Positions 35,492 to 46,036 of a stretch of DNA of 64,000 bases are shown in pieces. The translations under genes and the position numbers were made by a program. Under the pieces are notes generated by a model, which saw only the letters and a list, made by a program, of their open reading frames with translations, was not told the DNA's origin and ran no database searches. The stretch is taken from positions 1 to 64,000 of the forward strand of contig JBBRSP010000003.1 in assembly GCA_038245295.1 (NCBI GenBank), given 5' to 3'. This stretch comes from Candidatus Binatia bacterium (GTDB lineage: Bacteria; Desulfobacterota; Binatia; HRBIN30). How positions within the stretch are numbered: position 1 is the first letter of the stretch; each line of letters starts with the position of its first letter.

Positions 35492-36697
35492 CTACGCTAC
35501 GGCCTGCATTCCGTCGCGTGAGCCGATCGCCACGAACCGCCGATCATGCGGCCCTTCGTACAAACAGTCGGGGCGGATGAGGCGGCCGTGTTCGAGGTGC
35601 TCCAACACATGCGCGGTCCAACCGGCGCTGCGGCCGATGGCGAAGGTCGGCGAGAACAAGTCGGTGCTCAAGCCGATACCGTGTAGGAGGAGCGCCGTAT
35701 AGAACTCGACGTTCGTCGCCAGCGCGCGCTCCGGCTTGAGCTCGGCGAGTACCCGTAGGACAGCATCCTCGACGACGCGCGCATTGTCGTAAAGCTCGCG
35801 TTCACCGGCATCCTGGAACAGCTTGTCGGCCGCCGCGCCGAGCACGTCGGCACGGGGATCGCGAACTTTGTAAACGCGATGCCCGAATCCCATGATGCGG
35901 CCGCCCTGAGTGACGACGTCCCGCACATACGCATCGGCCTCCTCGGCGAGTGAGCGGCCGCTGCTGCGGGCTCTGCCGGCGATGGCGAAAACCATGTCCA
36001 ACGCCGGGCCCGGGGCGCCACCGTGCAGCGGTCCCTTGAGTGCACCGATGGCGCCGGTGATCGCCGAGACGATGTCGGACTGCGTGCTGATGATGACGCG
36101 GGCCGTGAACGTCGAGGCGTTCATGCCGTGGTCGGAGACCGTGTTGAGATACGTCTCGAGTGCGCGCGCCTCGGCGGCGTGTGGTTCGGAGCCGCGCAGC
36201 ATGTAAAGGTAATTGGCGGCGTGTCCCAGGTCGGCGCGCGGTGTCACCGGCTCCAGCGCCGCACGCAGTCGCGCGTGACTGGCAACGAGGGCGGGCAAAC
36301 GAGCCACGATCGTCGCAGCCTGATCGCGAGGCGTGCTGCCGGCAGGCATGTCGAGGCTCAACGTTGCCGCTCCCATGCGTAAGGCATCCATGGGAGCAAT
36401 CTGCGCCGCCGCCGCGGCGCGCAGCAGCGTCGCGGTCGCCGCCGGCAGGGTTCGCTGATTCGCCATCTCCTCACGCAGGGCGGCGAGCTCGGCGCGTCCC
36501 GGCAAGCGATCGTGCCAAAGGAGATAGAGAACCTCCTCGAAGGACGCCTGCGGCGCGAGGTCCTCGAGCGGGAAACCGGCAATCGTCAGATGGCCGCCGA
36601 GCCCATCGACGTCACTCAAGCGTGTACGAGTGGCGACGACGCCCTCGAGGCCTTCGGCGACGCGGCGCAGAGTGGATGGAGTTTGTTTTCGTGCCAT
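35492..36697 (-). CDS. Citrate synthase / 2-methylcitrate synthase family enzyme
   Basis: GLEGVV, DHGMNASTF, GPLHGGA, MGFGHRVY..DPRA, NVEFY, RLIRP; RBS AAGGAG. Confidence 0.92.
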   Translation of the reverse strand: MARKQTPSTLRRVAEGLEGVVATRTRLSDVDGLGGHLTIAGFPLEDLAPQASFEEVLYLLWHDRLPGRAELAALREEMANQRTLPAATATLLRAAAAAQIAPMDALRMGAATLSLDMPAGSTPRDQAATIVARLPALVASHARLRAALEPVTPRADLGHAANYLYMLRGSEPHAAEARALETYLNTVSDHGMNASTFTARVIISTQSDIVSAITGAIGALKGPLHGGAPGPALDMVFAIAGRARSSGRSLAEEADAYVRDVVTQGGRIMGFGHRVYKVRDPRADVLGAAADKLFQDAGERELYDNARVVEDAVLRVLAELKPERALATNVEFYTALLLHGIGLSTDLFSPTFAIGRSAGWTAHVLEHLEHGRLIRPDCLYEGPHDRRFVAIGSRDGMQAVA

Positions 36698-36742
36698 GGC
36701 TGAATCTCCTTTCGTCGGCACGGATTCAAATAACAGCATGAC

Positions 36743-36789
36743 ATTGTCAATCTTGATCAATGCATCAATATATGGAGCCGCGAATCAAT
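36743..36789. promoter_or_regulatory. Candidate operator: clustered TCAAT repeats and palindromes
   Basis: TCAAT at 36747, 36757, 36765 and 36785; palindromes ATTGTCAAT and TTGATCAA in an AT-rich divergent spacer. Confidence 0.55.
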
Positions 36790-36807
36790 ATGGTGTACAG
36801 GCGTCGT

Positions 36808-38010
36808 ATGTCGACGTTTCTGAGTGCGGCGGAAGCCGCCGCCGAGTTGGGCATCAACGTCCCAACGTTGTATGCGTATGTGAGCCGCGGCCTGCTGCGA
36901 TCGGAGGCGGAGCGCGGTTCGCGTCGCCGCCGTTATCTTGCCGACGACGTCTGGACGCTGAAGCAGCGCAAGGTGCACCGGGCCGACCCCGCGGCGGCGG
37001 CGCAGGGGGCGTTGCACTGGGGCTTCCCTGTTCTCGAGTCGCGGCTCTCCGTCATTCAAGGTGGACGCCTGTTCTATCGTGGTCGCGACGTCGTGGCGCT
37101 GGCGCAGACGGCATCGTTGGAGCAGGCCGCCTGTCTTCTGTGGTGTGGTGATCCGAATTGGCCGTTTCCGGAAGATGTCTTGGTTCCGGCGGACTGGAAG
37201 AACATCGTACGCACGGCGCATCTGTTGCCGCCGCTCGAAGCCCTGCAGGTATGCCTGGCATTTGCGGCAGCGGCGGATTCGCACGCGTTCGATTTGCGCG
37301 CCGCCGCGGTGCAGCGAGCGGGAGCACGTATCCTGCGCCTGTTGGCGGCGGCGGTGGCGGGTGTGCGGCCGGCAGCGATCCCGGTGGCGCGTGTCTTGCG
37401 CCAGCGCTGGTGCGGTGCCGACGAATCGGCCGAACGTCTGTTGCAGGCGATGTTGGTGCTGTATGCCGACAATGGACTCAATCCTTCGAGCTTTACCGCG
37501 CGCTGCGTTGCCTCGGCAGGTTCAACGCCGTATGCCGTGGTGTCGGCCGGCCTTGCGGCGTTGCAGGGATCGAAACACGGTGGGGCCTGTGAACGCGCCG
37601 CCGGCGTCATCGACGAGCTGAAAGATGCGCGGGCGGCGACGCGTCTGGTGACGGCGCGGCTGCGGCGCGGGGAGTCGATCCCCGGCTTCGGCCACCCGCT
37701 TTATCCAGCCGGTGATCCGCGCGGGGCGTTCTTGATGGAGTTGTTGCGCGAACACCGGGCGCGCTCGCCGGAAGTGCGGCGGGCGATGGCGTTGGTCAAT
37801 ACGGTTGGCGACCTGATGGGTGAGAAGCCGACCATCGACTTTGGTGTCGTGGCGGTCTGCCGAGCTCTCGAGTTGCCGCCATCGGCCCCTTTGGCGTTGC
37901 TCGGGATCGCGCGCGTTGTGGGCTGGATTGCCCATGGGCTCGAGCAGTACGAAGAAGGGCGCGAAATTAGGCCACGGGCGCGGTACGCCGGCGAAATGCC
38001 ACGCGCTTAG
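36808..38010 (+). CDS. HTH-citrate synthase-like fusion (probable regulator)
   Basis: N-terminal AAEAAAELGINVPTLYAYVSRGLL HTH followed by a citrate-synthase fold (KHGGA, GFGHPLY); DH is replaced by DN. Confidence 0.88.
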   Translation: MSTFLSAAEAAAELGINVPTLYAYVSRGLLRSEAERGSRRRRYLADDVWTLKQRKVHRADPAAAAQGALHWGFPVLESRLSVIQGGRLFYRGRDVVALAQTASLEQAACLLWCGDPNWPFPEDVLVPADWKNIVRTAHLLPPLEALQVCLAFAAAADSHAFDLRAAAVQRAGARILRLLAAAVAGVRPAAIPVARVLRQRWCGADESAERLLQAMLVLYADNGLNPSSFTARCVASAGSTPYAVVSAGLAALQGSKHGGACERAAGVIDELKDARAATRLVTARLRRGESIPGFGHPLYPAGDPRGAFLMELLREHRARSPEVRRAMALVNTVGDLMGEKPTIDFGVVAVCRALELPPSAPLALLGIARVVGWIAHGLEQYEEGREIRPRARYAGEMPRA

Positions 38011-38034
38011 CGCGCGATGAGAAGGATGGGACAA

Positions 38035-39558
38035 ATGATCGTTGAAACGAGTTGCGGCAAGTTGGAAGGAACGAACGAAGCGGGGCTCGATGTGTTTCGC
38101 GGCATTCCCTACGCCGAGCCTCCCGAGCGCTTTCGGGCGCCGCAACACAAGCAACCCTGGGCCGGGGTGCGCGATGCATCCCGCTTTGGTGCCGGGGCGC
38201 CGCAAAACCCCAGCCTGCTTGGGCCGATGCTCGGCATCGAAGTGGGGGACGCCAGCGAGAATTGCCTGTTCCTTAACGTCTGGACACCGGCAGCCGACAG
38301 CGGTCGGCGGCCGGTCATGGTTTGGATCCATGGCGGCGCGTTCGTCATGGGCGCCGGGTCGCAGTCGATGTATGACGGCGCGGCCATGGCGCGACGTGGC
38401 GATGTGGTGGTGGTGACGATCAACTACCGTCTCGGTGCGTTGGGGTATCTGCATCTGGGCGAGCTCGCCGATGGCAGCGAGTTGTTCGCCGACAACCTCG
38501 GCCTGCGTGATCAAGTTGCGGCGCTCGAATGGGTACAGACGGAAATTGCCGCGTTCGGTGGCGATCCGCACAATGTCACGATCTTCGGCGAGTCGGCCGG
38601 ATCAATCAGTGTCGCCAACCTGCTCGGCACACCGTCGGCGCGCGGGTTGTTTCAGCGTGCCATCCTGCAGAGTGGGGCGGCGAACTTTGTGTCGTCGCGG
38701 GCGCAGGCGACAAAGGTTGCCGAGGCGTTCTGCACGGCGTTGGATATCCACCCGCGTGAGATCGAGCGCCTCCGCGATGTTCCGGTGGCGCAGCTCCTCG
38801 ACGTGCAACAGCGCATCCTGGTGAGTTGGGCCGGCCGCGTGCGCGGCATCACCTACCAGCCCGTGATCGATGGCGACATCCTGCCGCGCGCACCCTTCGA
38901 GTCGATCGCCGCCGGAGAGGCGCGCGACATCAGCCTCATCGTCGGCACCAACCTCGACGAAATGAAACTCTTCTCCTTCATGGACCCGGAAGCGCGCGAT
39001 CTCGATCTGGATCGGCTGCGGGGGCGCTGCGAGAAGCGAATTCCGGGAGCCGACAGCCACGGACGAAGCCACGCCGCGCGGCTGATCACGACATACACCG
39101 AGGCGCGTCAGAGCCGCGGCGAGAAGACGACGGCGCCCGAGTTGTGGTTCGCGATCGATTCGGATCGCATGTTCCGCGTCCCGGCGATGCACTTGGCCGA
39201 AGCTCAGGCGCGGCATCAGGCCAATACCTATGCGTATCTCTTCACCTGGCCGTCACCGTTCATGGACGGCGCCCTCGGCGCCTGTCACGCGCTGGAGTTA
39301 CCGTTCGTCTTTGGCAGCATCGGCCAACCCATGCTCGCCTCGTTCGCTGGGAGTGGCCCACCGGCGTTGCGACTCAGCGAACGGATGCAGGAGTCGTGGG
39401 TGTCGTTTGCCCACAGTGGTCGGCCGCAAAGCGCCGATCTAGGGGCGTGGCGCGGCTACGACGGCGCGGCGCGCGATACGATGATCTTTGGTGCCGAGTG
39501 CGGCATCGAGTCGGCGCCACGTGAAGCGGAGCGACAGGTTTGGAATTCGATTGGCTAG
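38035..39558 (+). CDS. Type-B carboxylesterase/lipase
   Basis: FRGIPYA, SENCLFLNVW, WIHGGAF, GESAG, GACHALEL. Start is 38017, 38026 or 38035. Confidence 0.93.
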   Translation: MIVETSCGKLEGTNEAGLDVFRGIPYAEPPERFRAPQHKQPWAGVRDASRFGAGAPQNPSLLGPMLGIEVGDASENCLFLNVWTPAADSGRRPVMVWIHGGAFVMGAGSQSMYDGAAMARRGDVVVVTINYRLGALGYLHLGELADGSELFADNLGLRDQVAALEWVQTEIAAFGGDPHNVTIFGESAGSISVANLLGTPSARGLFQRAILQSGAANFVSSRAQATKVAEAFCTALDIHPREIERLRDVPVAQLLDVQQRILVSWAGRVRGITYQPVIDGDILPRAPFESIAAGEARDISLIVGTNLDEMKLFSFMDPEARDLDLDRLRGRCEKRIPGADSHGRSHAARLITTYTEARQSRGEKTTAPELWFAIDSDRMFRVPAMHLAEAQARHQANTYAYLFTWPSPFMDGALGACHALELPFVFGSIGQPMLASFAGSGPPALRLSERMQESWVSFAHSGRPQSADLGAWRGYDGAARDTMIFGAECGIESAPREAERQVWNSIG

Positions 39559-39565
39559 GCCGTGC

Positions 39566-39610
39566 CGACCAGTCGGACCGGCCGGACCGATCCGACCAGT
39601 CCGACCGATC
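39566..39610. repeat. Five degenerate 9-bp tandem units
   Basis: CCGACCAGT CGGACCGGC CGGACCGAT CCGACCAGT CCGACCGAT. Confidence 0.65.
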
Positions 39611-39623
39611 GAAACGGTTCATC

Positions 39624-40394
39624 CTACTTCGGAGGCATACGGATCGCGCCGTCGAGGCGGATCGTTTCACCGTTGAGGTAGGTATTCTCGACGATGTGCA
39701 CCGCCAGGGCGGCGAACTCGGGCGGTTGTCCGAGGCGCTGCGGAAACGGGATGTTGGCGGCCAACGCCTGGCGCGCCGGCTCGGGTAGCATCGCGAGCAT
39801 GGGCGTGTCGAACGTGCCCGGCGCGATTGTCAGGCAACGGATGCCGTCACGTGACAGGTCACGGGCGATCGGCAGCGTCATGCCGACGACGCCGCCCTTC
39901 GAGGCGGAGTAGGCCGCCTGGCCGATCTGACCGTCGAAGGCGGCGACCGACGCGGTGTTGATCAACACGCCGCGCTCGCCGTCGCTGCTCGGCGTGTTCT
40001 TCAACATTTCGGTAGCGGCGAGGCGGATGACGTTGAAGGTGCCGATCAAGTTGATGCGGATCACCATCTCGAACATCTCGAGCGGCATTGGGCCACCCTT
40101 GCCGGTGGTCTTCATCGCGGCGCCGGTACCGGCGCAGTTCACGGCGATCTGTAGACTGCCAAATTTGGCGACGGTCGCCTGAATCGCTTGTGTCACCTGG
40201 TCGCTGTTGGTGACGTCGGCGACGGCGAACAGGCACTTGTCCTCGCCAAAACTCTTGGCGAGTTCAGCGCCGGCCGAATTTGGCCGGTCGAGGATGGCGA
40301 CGCGTGCCCCCTTGTCGATCAATGCCTTCACCGTGGCTCCGCCGAGGCCCGAGGCGCCGCCGGTCACCAACGCTACCGCTCCGTCGATCTTCAT
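39624..40394 (-). CDS. 3-hydroxyacyl-CoA dehydrogenase type II (SDR)
   Basis: TGGASGLG, NCAG, TASVAAFDGQIGQAAYSASKGG, LNGETIRLDG. Confidence 0.93.
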   Translation of the reverse strand: MKIDGAVALVTGGASGLGGATVKALIDKGARVAILDRPNSAGAELAKSFGEDKCLFAVADVTNSDQVTQAIQATVAKFGSLQIAVNCAGTGAAMKTTGKGGPMPLEMFEMVIRINLIGTFNVIRLAATEMLKNTPSSDGERGVLINTASVAAFDGQIGQAAYSASKGGVVGMTLPIARDLSRDGIRCLTIAPGTFDTPMLAMLPEPARQALAANIPFPQRLGQPPEFAALAVHIVENTYLNGETIRLDGAIRMPPK

Positions 40395-40525
40395 TGCATG
40401 GTCTCCTTGTCTGCTGATGTGCCCGCTGCGGGGCGACGCCTGATGTAACATCTGAGGGGCTCCGGTCAACGCGGGTGGAGCGGGGTGAGTTGCAAAGGGA
40501 ACCCATCCTTTGCCAAGCTGTGGGC

Positions 40526-41332
40526 ATGCATCCAAATCGCAAGCTGGTTCCGTGGGGCCTCTTCCTCGTGTGCGCGATGGGCGCGGCGTGTTCGACGGTG
40601 CCCTACACCAATCGCTCACAGTTCGTCATGGTCGATGCGGCGCAAGAAAACTCGATGGGCGCCGCGGCGTACAAGCAGGTGCTCGCCAAGGAGACGCTGA
40701 GTAAGAACGCGGCCGCCGTGAGCATCGTGCGTGAGGTTGGCGAACGCATCGCGCGCGCTGCCAATCGGCCCGACTTTCAGTGGGAGTTCAATGTCATCGA
40801 AAAGGACGAGGCCAATGCCTGGGCGCTGCCGGGTGGCAAGGTGGCGGTGTACACGGGCCTGTTCCCGATCGCCAAAGACACGGCTGGTCTGGCGGCGGTT
40901 ATGGGGCACGAGGTGGCGCACGTGCTGGCGCACCACGGCGCCGAGCGCCAAAGCCAGGGGGTGTTGGCCGAGATGGGCGGCGTGTTGCTCGGCGTCGGGC
41001 TGTCGACGCAAGGCATGAGCCCTGGGGCCGTGAATGCGGCGATGCAGGTCTACGGTGCAGGCGCCGCGGTCGGCATCATGCTGCCGTTCAGTCGGGAGCA
41101 CGAGTCGGAGGCCGACCACATCGGCATGATCCTGATGGCCAAAGCCGGCTACGACCCGGAGGCAGCCCTGCAATTGTGGCGTCGTTTCGAGTCGGCTGGT
41201 GGCGCGGCGCCGCCGGAGTTCCTGTCGACGCATCCAAATCCGTCGACACGCCAAGAAGATATTCAGAAGTGGCTACCCGAGGCACGCGGCTACCTGCGCC
41301 CCGACTACAAGGCCCCGGTGAAGACGCTGTAG
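40526..41332 (+). CDS. M48-family zinc metallopeptidase lipoprotein
   Basis: Lipobox GAAC, NAWALPGG, HEVAH, E.EAD, FLSTHP. Confidence 0.92.
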   Translation: MHPNRKLVPWGLFLVCAMGAACSTVPYTNRSQFVMVDAAQENSMGAAAYKQVLAKETLSKNAAAVSIVREVGERIARAANRPDFQWEFNVIEKDEANAWALPGGKVAVYTGLFPIAKDTAGLAAVMGHEVAHVLAHHGAERQSQGVLAEMGGVLLGVGLSTQGMSPGAVNAAMQVYGAGAAVGIMLPFSREHESEADHIGMILMAKAGYDPEAALQLWRRFESAGGAAPPEFLSTHPNPSTRQEDIQKWLPEARGYLRPDYKAPVKTL

Positions 41333-41334
41333 GC

Positions 41335-42042
41335 CTAGGACGAATGCGCCGCCGGTAGGCGGAAGTGGGCGTAGAACGAAAGGCCCATGTAATAGGCCGG
41401 AAAGAGCAGCGACAGCCACGCCAGCAGGCTCGATGGGGCCGGCATCTGGAACATCAGCGTAAACATGGCAACACCCCACAGGCCGCCGAGGATGTAGGTC
41501 GTTTTCTGCGCGAACGGGTTGCGACTGGGGTAAAGGTAACGAATCGGCACGAAGACCATGATGGCGAAGAGGATGAGCAGCGCAACGTTGAACCATGGCG
41601 GGGTGCCGAGCACGTAGTAGTAAAAGACGACGATGTTCCAGTACGACGGGAAACCGGTAAAGAAGTGGTCCGGCGTTTTGGCCGAGGTTTGGCCGAAGCC
41701 ATAGCCGCTGGCTAGAAGAGGCGCGCCGCAGGCGACCAGGCCAATCCAATTCGGTGGCACGAGGCCGGCGTGGTAGGCGAGCACGACCGGTACAAGGACA
41801 TAGTTCATGTAGTCGACGATGTCGTCGAGACGTGCCCCGTCGAACTGCGGCAGGACTTCCTTGACCCGAACGCGCCGCGCCAACGTCCCGTCGGTGGCGT
41901 CGATGAACGTCGCAACCGCCATCCAGATGAAAGCCAGCGAGTAGTGACCTTCGTAGATGGCAATCAGACCCAGAAAGGCGAGAACGCTCCCAATCCCCGT
42001 GTAGACGTGGACCCCCCACGCCAAGCGCTCACGCAAGGTCAT
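41335..42042 (-). CDS. pcs: CDP-alcohol phosphatidyltransferase, phosphatidylcholine synthase-like
   Basis: AWGVHVYT, DATDGTLAR..FDGARLDDIVDY, FTGFPSYWN. Confidence 0.8.
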   Translation of the reverse strand: MTLRERLAWGVHVYTGIGSVLAFLGLIAIYEGHYSLAFIWMAVATFIDATDGTLARRVRVKEVLPQFDGARLDDIVDYMNYVLVPVVLAYHAGLVPPNWIGLVACGAPLLASGYGFGQTSAKTPDHFFTGFPSYWNIVVFYYYVLGTPPWFNVALLILFAIMVFVPIRYLYPSRNPFAQKTTYILGGLWGVAMFTLMFQMPAPSSLLAWLSLLFPAYYMGLSFYAHFRLPAAHSS

Positions 42043-42141
42043 TCGAACTCCGCTGCCGGATTGCTGCACCGATCGTACGGCGACGCGGCAACGCGGTACG
42101 GTCGGGGCGGGCGCTGGGGCCCGCCCGGTCTCCGTAAAGGT

Positions 42142-42342
42142 CTAGATCTTGTTGACGTTCGAAGCCTGTAAGCCCTTCGGCCCCTGGCCGACCTCGAACT
42201 CGACGCGTGCGCCTTCCTCCAGAGATCGGTATCCCTGGCCGTTGATGGCGGAGTAGTGGACAAACACGTCCTGCCCGTCATCCTGCGTGATGAAGCCATA
42301 GCCCTTTTGTCCATTGAACCACTTCACTGTTCCTTGAACCAT
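42142..42342 (-). CDS. Cold-shock protein (CspA family)
   Basis: GTVKWFN, KGYGFI (RNP1), VFVHYSAI (RNP2). Confidence 0.95.
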   Translation of the reverse strand: MVQGTVKWFNGQKGYGFITQDDGQDVFVHYSAINGQGYRSLEEGARVEFEVGQGPKGLQASNVNKI

Positions 42343-42629
42343 CACTGACCCCCGAACTTCGGTGTGTGTTGCCTGGATTCCCGGCCCGGAAAACTTCGGA
42401 ATGTGGGGACCCGTCCCCGCGCGGCACTCGTGTGACTTCCCGTATCCAAGGTCATTCCCAGAAACACCGCGCGCCCCTTACCACGGGTTCTTGTTCTTGC
42501 GCAAATGTCGCGACGCGGTTTGCGCAGAATCCTGAAAATGGCCAGGGCGCGGTCCTGAGCTCGCTGCGGCGCGGTTGCCTTTACTCCCTCTGGAGCGGGT
42601 GTTATTCGCCGCTTCTTCTTTGGCTGGGG

Positions 42630-43229
42630 ATGACAAGACGAACTTTGCAGGCTGTAGTCGCGTTGAGCCTTGTTCTCGTTCTTGGGGGCATCCTGGTTTT
42701 GGTTGGACGCAGCCTGTGGGAACAGCGCAAGCATCATCTGCTGGATCTGATCGACGTGATTCCGGGTGTTTCGCAGCACATCCGCGACTTCCATCGCACC
42801 AAGATTGTTGACGGGAAGAAGGTTTGGGAAGTGGCGGCGCAGGATGCTCAATATCTCGAGGAGACCAAGACCGTCAGCGTCCGCGGCGTGAATTTGCAGT
42901 GGTATATGAAGGATGGGCGCTCGGTGGGTCTGAAAGGCAACGAAGGCCGAATCACCCTCGATGGGCGCGAAGTCAGCAACATCGATCTACAGGGCAATAT
43001 TGAAGTTTCTTTGGGCGACTACCATGTGCGGGTGGCCAGTGCGAGCTACGAGCAAGCCAAGGAGGCGATCCACGCGCCCGGCCAGGTCGAGATCAGCGGC
43101 CGCGCCATGGAACTGCGCGGTGTCGATATGACGATTGACGTGCAAGGCGAGCGCATGGTGCTCAATCAGGTCAACATGAACCTGCACCCGGCGGATTTCC
43201 CTCAGGGGGGCGGTGATGCACCCTTGTGA
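42630..43229 (+). CDS. lptC: LPS export protein LptC
   Basis: Single N-terminal TM helix plus beta-rich domain; first gene of lptC-A-B-rpoN. Confidence 0.75.
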   Translation: MTRRTLQAVVALSLVLVLGGILVLVGRSLWEQRKHHLLDLIDVIPGVSQHIRDFHRTKIVDGKKVWEVAAQDAQYLEETKTVSVRGVNLQWYMKDGRSVGLKGNEGRITLDGREVSNIDLQGNIEVSLGDYHVRVASASYEQAKEAIHAPGQVEISGRAMELRGVDMTIDVQGERMVLNQVNMNLHPADFPQGGGDAPL

Positions 43230-43791
43230 CGCCCGTTTGCCTGGTCGCGTCTTGATGGTGGCGATCGCCGTGCTCTGTTCGCTGCACGCGGCATTTGCCG
43301 AGCCAGCCAAGAAGGCCGACACGGCGAGCCCGGAGACCATGCTCGGCGCGTTGTCGTTCAGTTCCAGCAAGGATCCGATCGCGATCAGCGCCGACACTCT
43401 GGAGTTCGACTACAAAGGCCGTGTTCTCTCCTACAAGGGGAACGTCATTGCCATCCAGGGCGACATGAAACTGCAGGCCGACAAGGTGAATGTCACCCTC
43501 AACGCCACCGGGCAGAGTCAGCAACTGCGCGAGGTCACGGCGATCGGCAAGGTGCGGCTGGAAAAGGGGGCGCGCTGGGCGACCGCGGGCCGCGCTGTTT
43601 TCGATCAAACGCAACGTCGAGTGGTGTTGAGCGAGAACGCTGTATTGCAAGACGGGTTGAATCAGGTCCGCGGCGATCGCGTGATCGGTTATCTCGACGA
43701 GGCTCGTTGGGTGGTTGAAGGTGGCAGCCAGCGGGTGCAAGCGATTCTCGTTCCGCCGCAGCACGAGGCAACGCCTGAGGCGAAGCCGTGA
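43216..43791 (+). CDS. lptA: LPS transport periplasmic protein LptA
   Basis: [13 protein letters not shown]...QG..LQADKV, GDRVI; start uncertain. Confidence 0.85.
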   Translation: MHPCDARLPGRVLMVAIAVLCSLHAAFAEPAKKADTASPETMLGALSFSSSKDPIAISADTLEFDYKGRVLSYKGNVIAIQGDMKLQADKVNVTLNATGQSQQLREVTAIGKVRLEKGARWATAGRAVFDQTQRRVVLSENAVLQDGLNQVRGDRVIGYLDEARWVVEGGSQRVQAILVPPQHEATPEAKP

Positions 43792-44528
43792 CAACCGTTG
43801 CCACGCAAACCTCGCTGCGGGCCAGCGGCCTGTGTCTGCGCCTCGGTGGGCGCGAGATCTTGAAGTCGGTGCACTTGGACGTGCAAGGCGGGCAGGTCGT
43901 CGGACTGCTTGGCGCCAACGGCGCGGGCAAGACGACGACGTTCTACACGATCGTCGGTCTTCAGCGGCCCGATCAGGGCAAGATCGAGCTCAACGGTGAC
44001 GACATCACGCGTCTGCCGATGTTCCAGCGTGCCCGCCGCGGCGTCAGCTACCTGCCTCAGGAGCCCTCGGTGTTTCGGAAATGGACCGTCGAAGAAAATA
44101 TTCTGGCGATCCTCGAGACACTGCCGCTGAGCGTCAACGAACGTCGCGAGCGCCTGGCGCAGTTGCTCGATGAGCTCAGTATCTCGCATCTGGCGCGCAA
44201 TATGGCGTACTCGCTTTCAGGCGGCGAGCGACGGCGCGTCGAGATCACACGTGCGCTGGTGACCGAACCAACTTTCATGTTGCTCGACGAACCTTTTGCA
44301 GGCATTGATCCGATTGCTATTCTCGACATCCAGAATATCGTAAGCCAGTTGAAGGGCAGAGGGATCGGAATTCTGATTACAGACCATAACGTGCGCGAAA
44401 CGCTCGGCATCTGCGATCGCGCCTATATCCTTCACGAGGGTTCGGTTCTCGAAGAAGGAACGCCCAGCGAGATCGCTCAGAGCCGTCGTGCCCGCGAACT
44501 TTATCTAGGCGAGAACTTCAGGCTCTAG
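43788..44528 (+). CDS. lptB: LPS export ABC ATPase
   Basis: [47 protein letters not shown]. Confidence 0.95.
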   Translation: MTTVATQTSLRASGLCLRLGGREILKSVHLDVQGGQVVGLLGANGAGKTTTFYTIVGLQRPDQGKIELNGDDITRLPMFQRARRGVSYLPQEPSVFRKWTVEENILAILETLPLSVNERRERLAQLLDELSISHLARNMAYSLSGGERRRVEITRALVTEPTFMLLDEPFAGIDPIAILDIQNIVSQLKGRGIGILITDHNVRETLGICDRAYILHEGSVLEEGTPSEIAQSRRARELYLGENFRL

Positions 44529-44532
44529 GTCC

Positions 44533-46017
44533 ATGGCTCTCGAAACCAAGCTCTACCAGAAGATGACGCAGCAGCTCGTGATGACCCCGCAATTGCGGCA
44601 GGCCATCAAGATTCTGCAGGTGTCGCGCGCCGAGCTCGAGACCCTCATCGATGAGGAGATGGCGCAGAATCCCGTCCTTGAAGAAGAGGTCGAGGAGCGT
44701 CCGCGCGATATCGAGCAGATGCGCAGCGAATCAACCGGGCAGGATGAGCGCGCCACCGATACCGAGTGGCCCGAAACGCCGGTGGAGCGCGATACGACCA
44801 CCGAGGTCTCCAGCGATAAGATGGGCGAGATCGACTGGAAGGAATATCTCGACAACTACAGCAACGATTGGCACGAGAGCAGCGCGGCCTCGGCGGAAGC
44901 GGAAGACGACGAAGAACGGCGTCCTCTCTACGAAAATACCCTGACCCGCGAAGCCTCGCTGACCGAGCACCTGGTTTTCCAGCTGCGCATGAGTGGCCTC
45001 GACCCTATCGAAGAATCGATTGCGGCCAACCTGATCGGCAACATGGACAAGGACGGCTACGTTAAGGTCGAGATCGAGGACATCGCCTTCCAGTGCAACT
45101 ATGCCTTCGATGCCGTCGAATCGGTTCTGAAGCGGATTCAAGCGCTCGACCCGCCCGGAGTCGGGGCGCGTGATCTGCGCGAATGCTTGCTGCTGCAATT
45201 GACGATCCTGGGTGAGGAAGACGGTCTCGCGGCCAGGATAATCCGCGATCACCTCTCCTTGCTCGAGAATAAACGCTACGACCGTATCGCTAAGGAACTC
45301 GGGGTGACGATTCCCGAGGTGGTGGCCGCGGCGGGGTACATCGCCACACTCGAGCCCAAACCAGGGCGCAATTTTGGTGACGGCGACGTGCGCTACATCA
45401 CGCCCGATGTGTTCGTCTATAAAATCGGCGAAGAGCTGCTCGTAACACCGAACGACGATGGCCTGCCGCGTCTGCGCGTAAGCAACTTCTATCGCCGCGT
45501 TCTCGGTGACGGCGAGGCGAGTGATGCCAAACGTTACATCCAAGAGAAGATGCGCGCCGCTTCGTGGCTGATCAAGAGTATTCAGCAGCGCCAGCGTACT
45601 CTGCTGCTGGTGACCGACAGCATCGTGCGTTTTCAGAAAGAGTTCTTCGAGCACGGAATCTCGCATCTCAAGCCGCTCGTGTTGAAGGACGTGGCGCTCG
45701 ACATCGGTATGCACGAGTCGACGGTCAGCCGCGCTACCGCCAACAAGTACGTTCACTGCCCGCAGGGTACCTACGAGTTGAAGTTCTTCTTCACGTCGAG
45801 CCTGCAGACCGATTCCGGCGACGACATTTCCGCCGAGACCGTGAAAGAACGCATCAAGGAAATCATCGCGGCCGAAGATGCGCGCAATCCTCTCAGCGAT
45901 CAGCATATCGCCAAGATGCTTGCCGGAGAGCATGTCGGCATCGCCCGCCGCACGGTTGCCAAGTATCGCGAGATGATGGGTGTGTTACCGTCGTCGAAAC
46001 GACGTCAGGTGTTTTGA
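44533..46017 (+). CDS. rpoN: RNA polymerase sigma-54 factor
   Basis: MTPQLRQAIKILQ, HESTVSRAT, RpoN box ARRTVAKYRE. Confidence 0.97.
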   Translation: MALETKLYQKMTQQLVMTPQLRQAIKILQVSRAELETLIDEEMAQNPVLEEEVEERPRDIEQMRSESTGQDERATDTEWPETPVERDTTTEVSSDKMGEIDWKEYLDNYSNDWHESSAASAEAEDDEERRPLYENTLTREASLTEHLVFQLRMSGLDPIEESIAANLIGNMDKDGYVKVEIEDIAFQCNYAFDAVESVLKRIQALDPPGVGARDLRECLLLQLTILGEEDGLAARIIRDHLSLLENKRYDRIAKELGVTIPEVVAAAGYIATLEPKPGRNFGDGDVRYITPDVFVYKIGEELLVTPNDDGLPRLRVSNFYRRVLGDGEASDAKRYIQEKMRAASWLIKSIQQRQRTLLLVTDSIVRFQKEFFEHGISHLKPLVLKDVALDIGMHESTVSRATANKYVHCPQGTYELKFFFTSSLQTDSGDDISAETVKERIKEIIAAEDARNPLSDQHIAKMLAGEHVGIARRTVAKYREMMGVLPSSKRRQVF

Positions 46018-46036
46018 GGGAGGCTGAGGGTCAACC

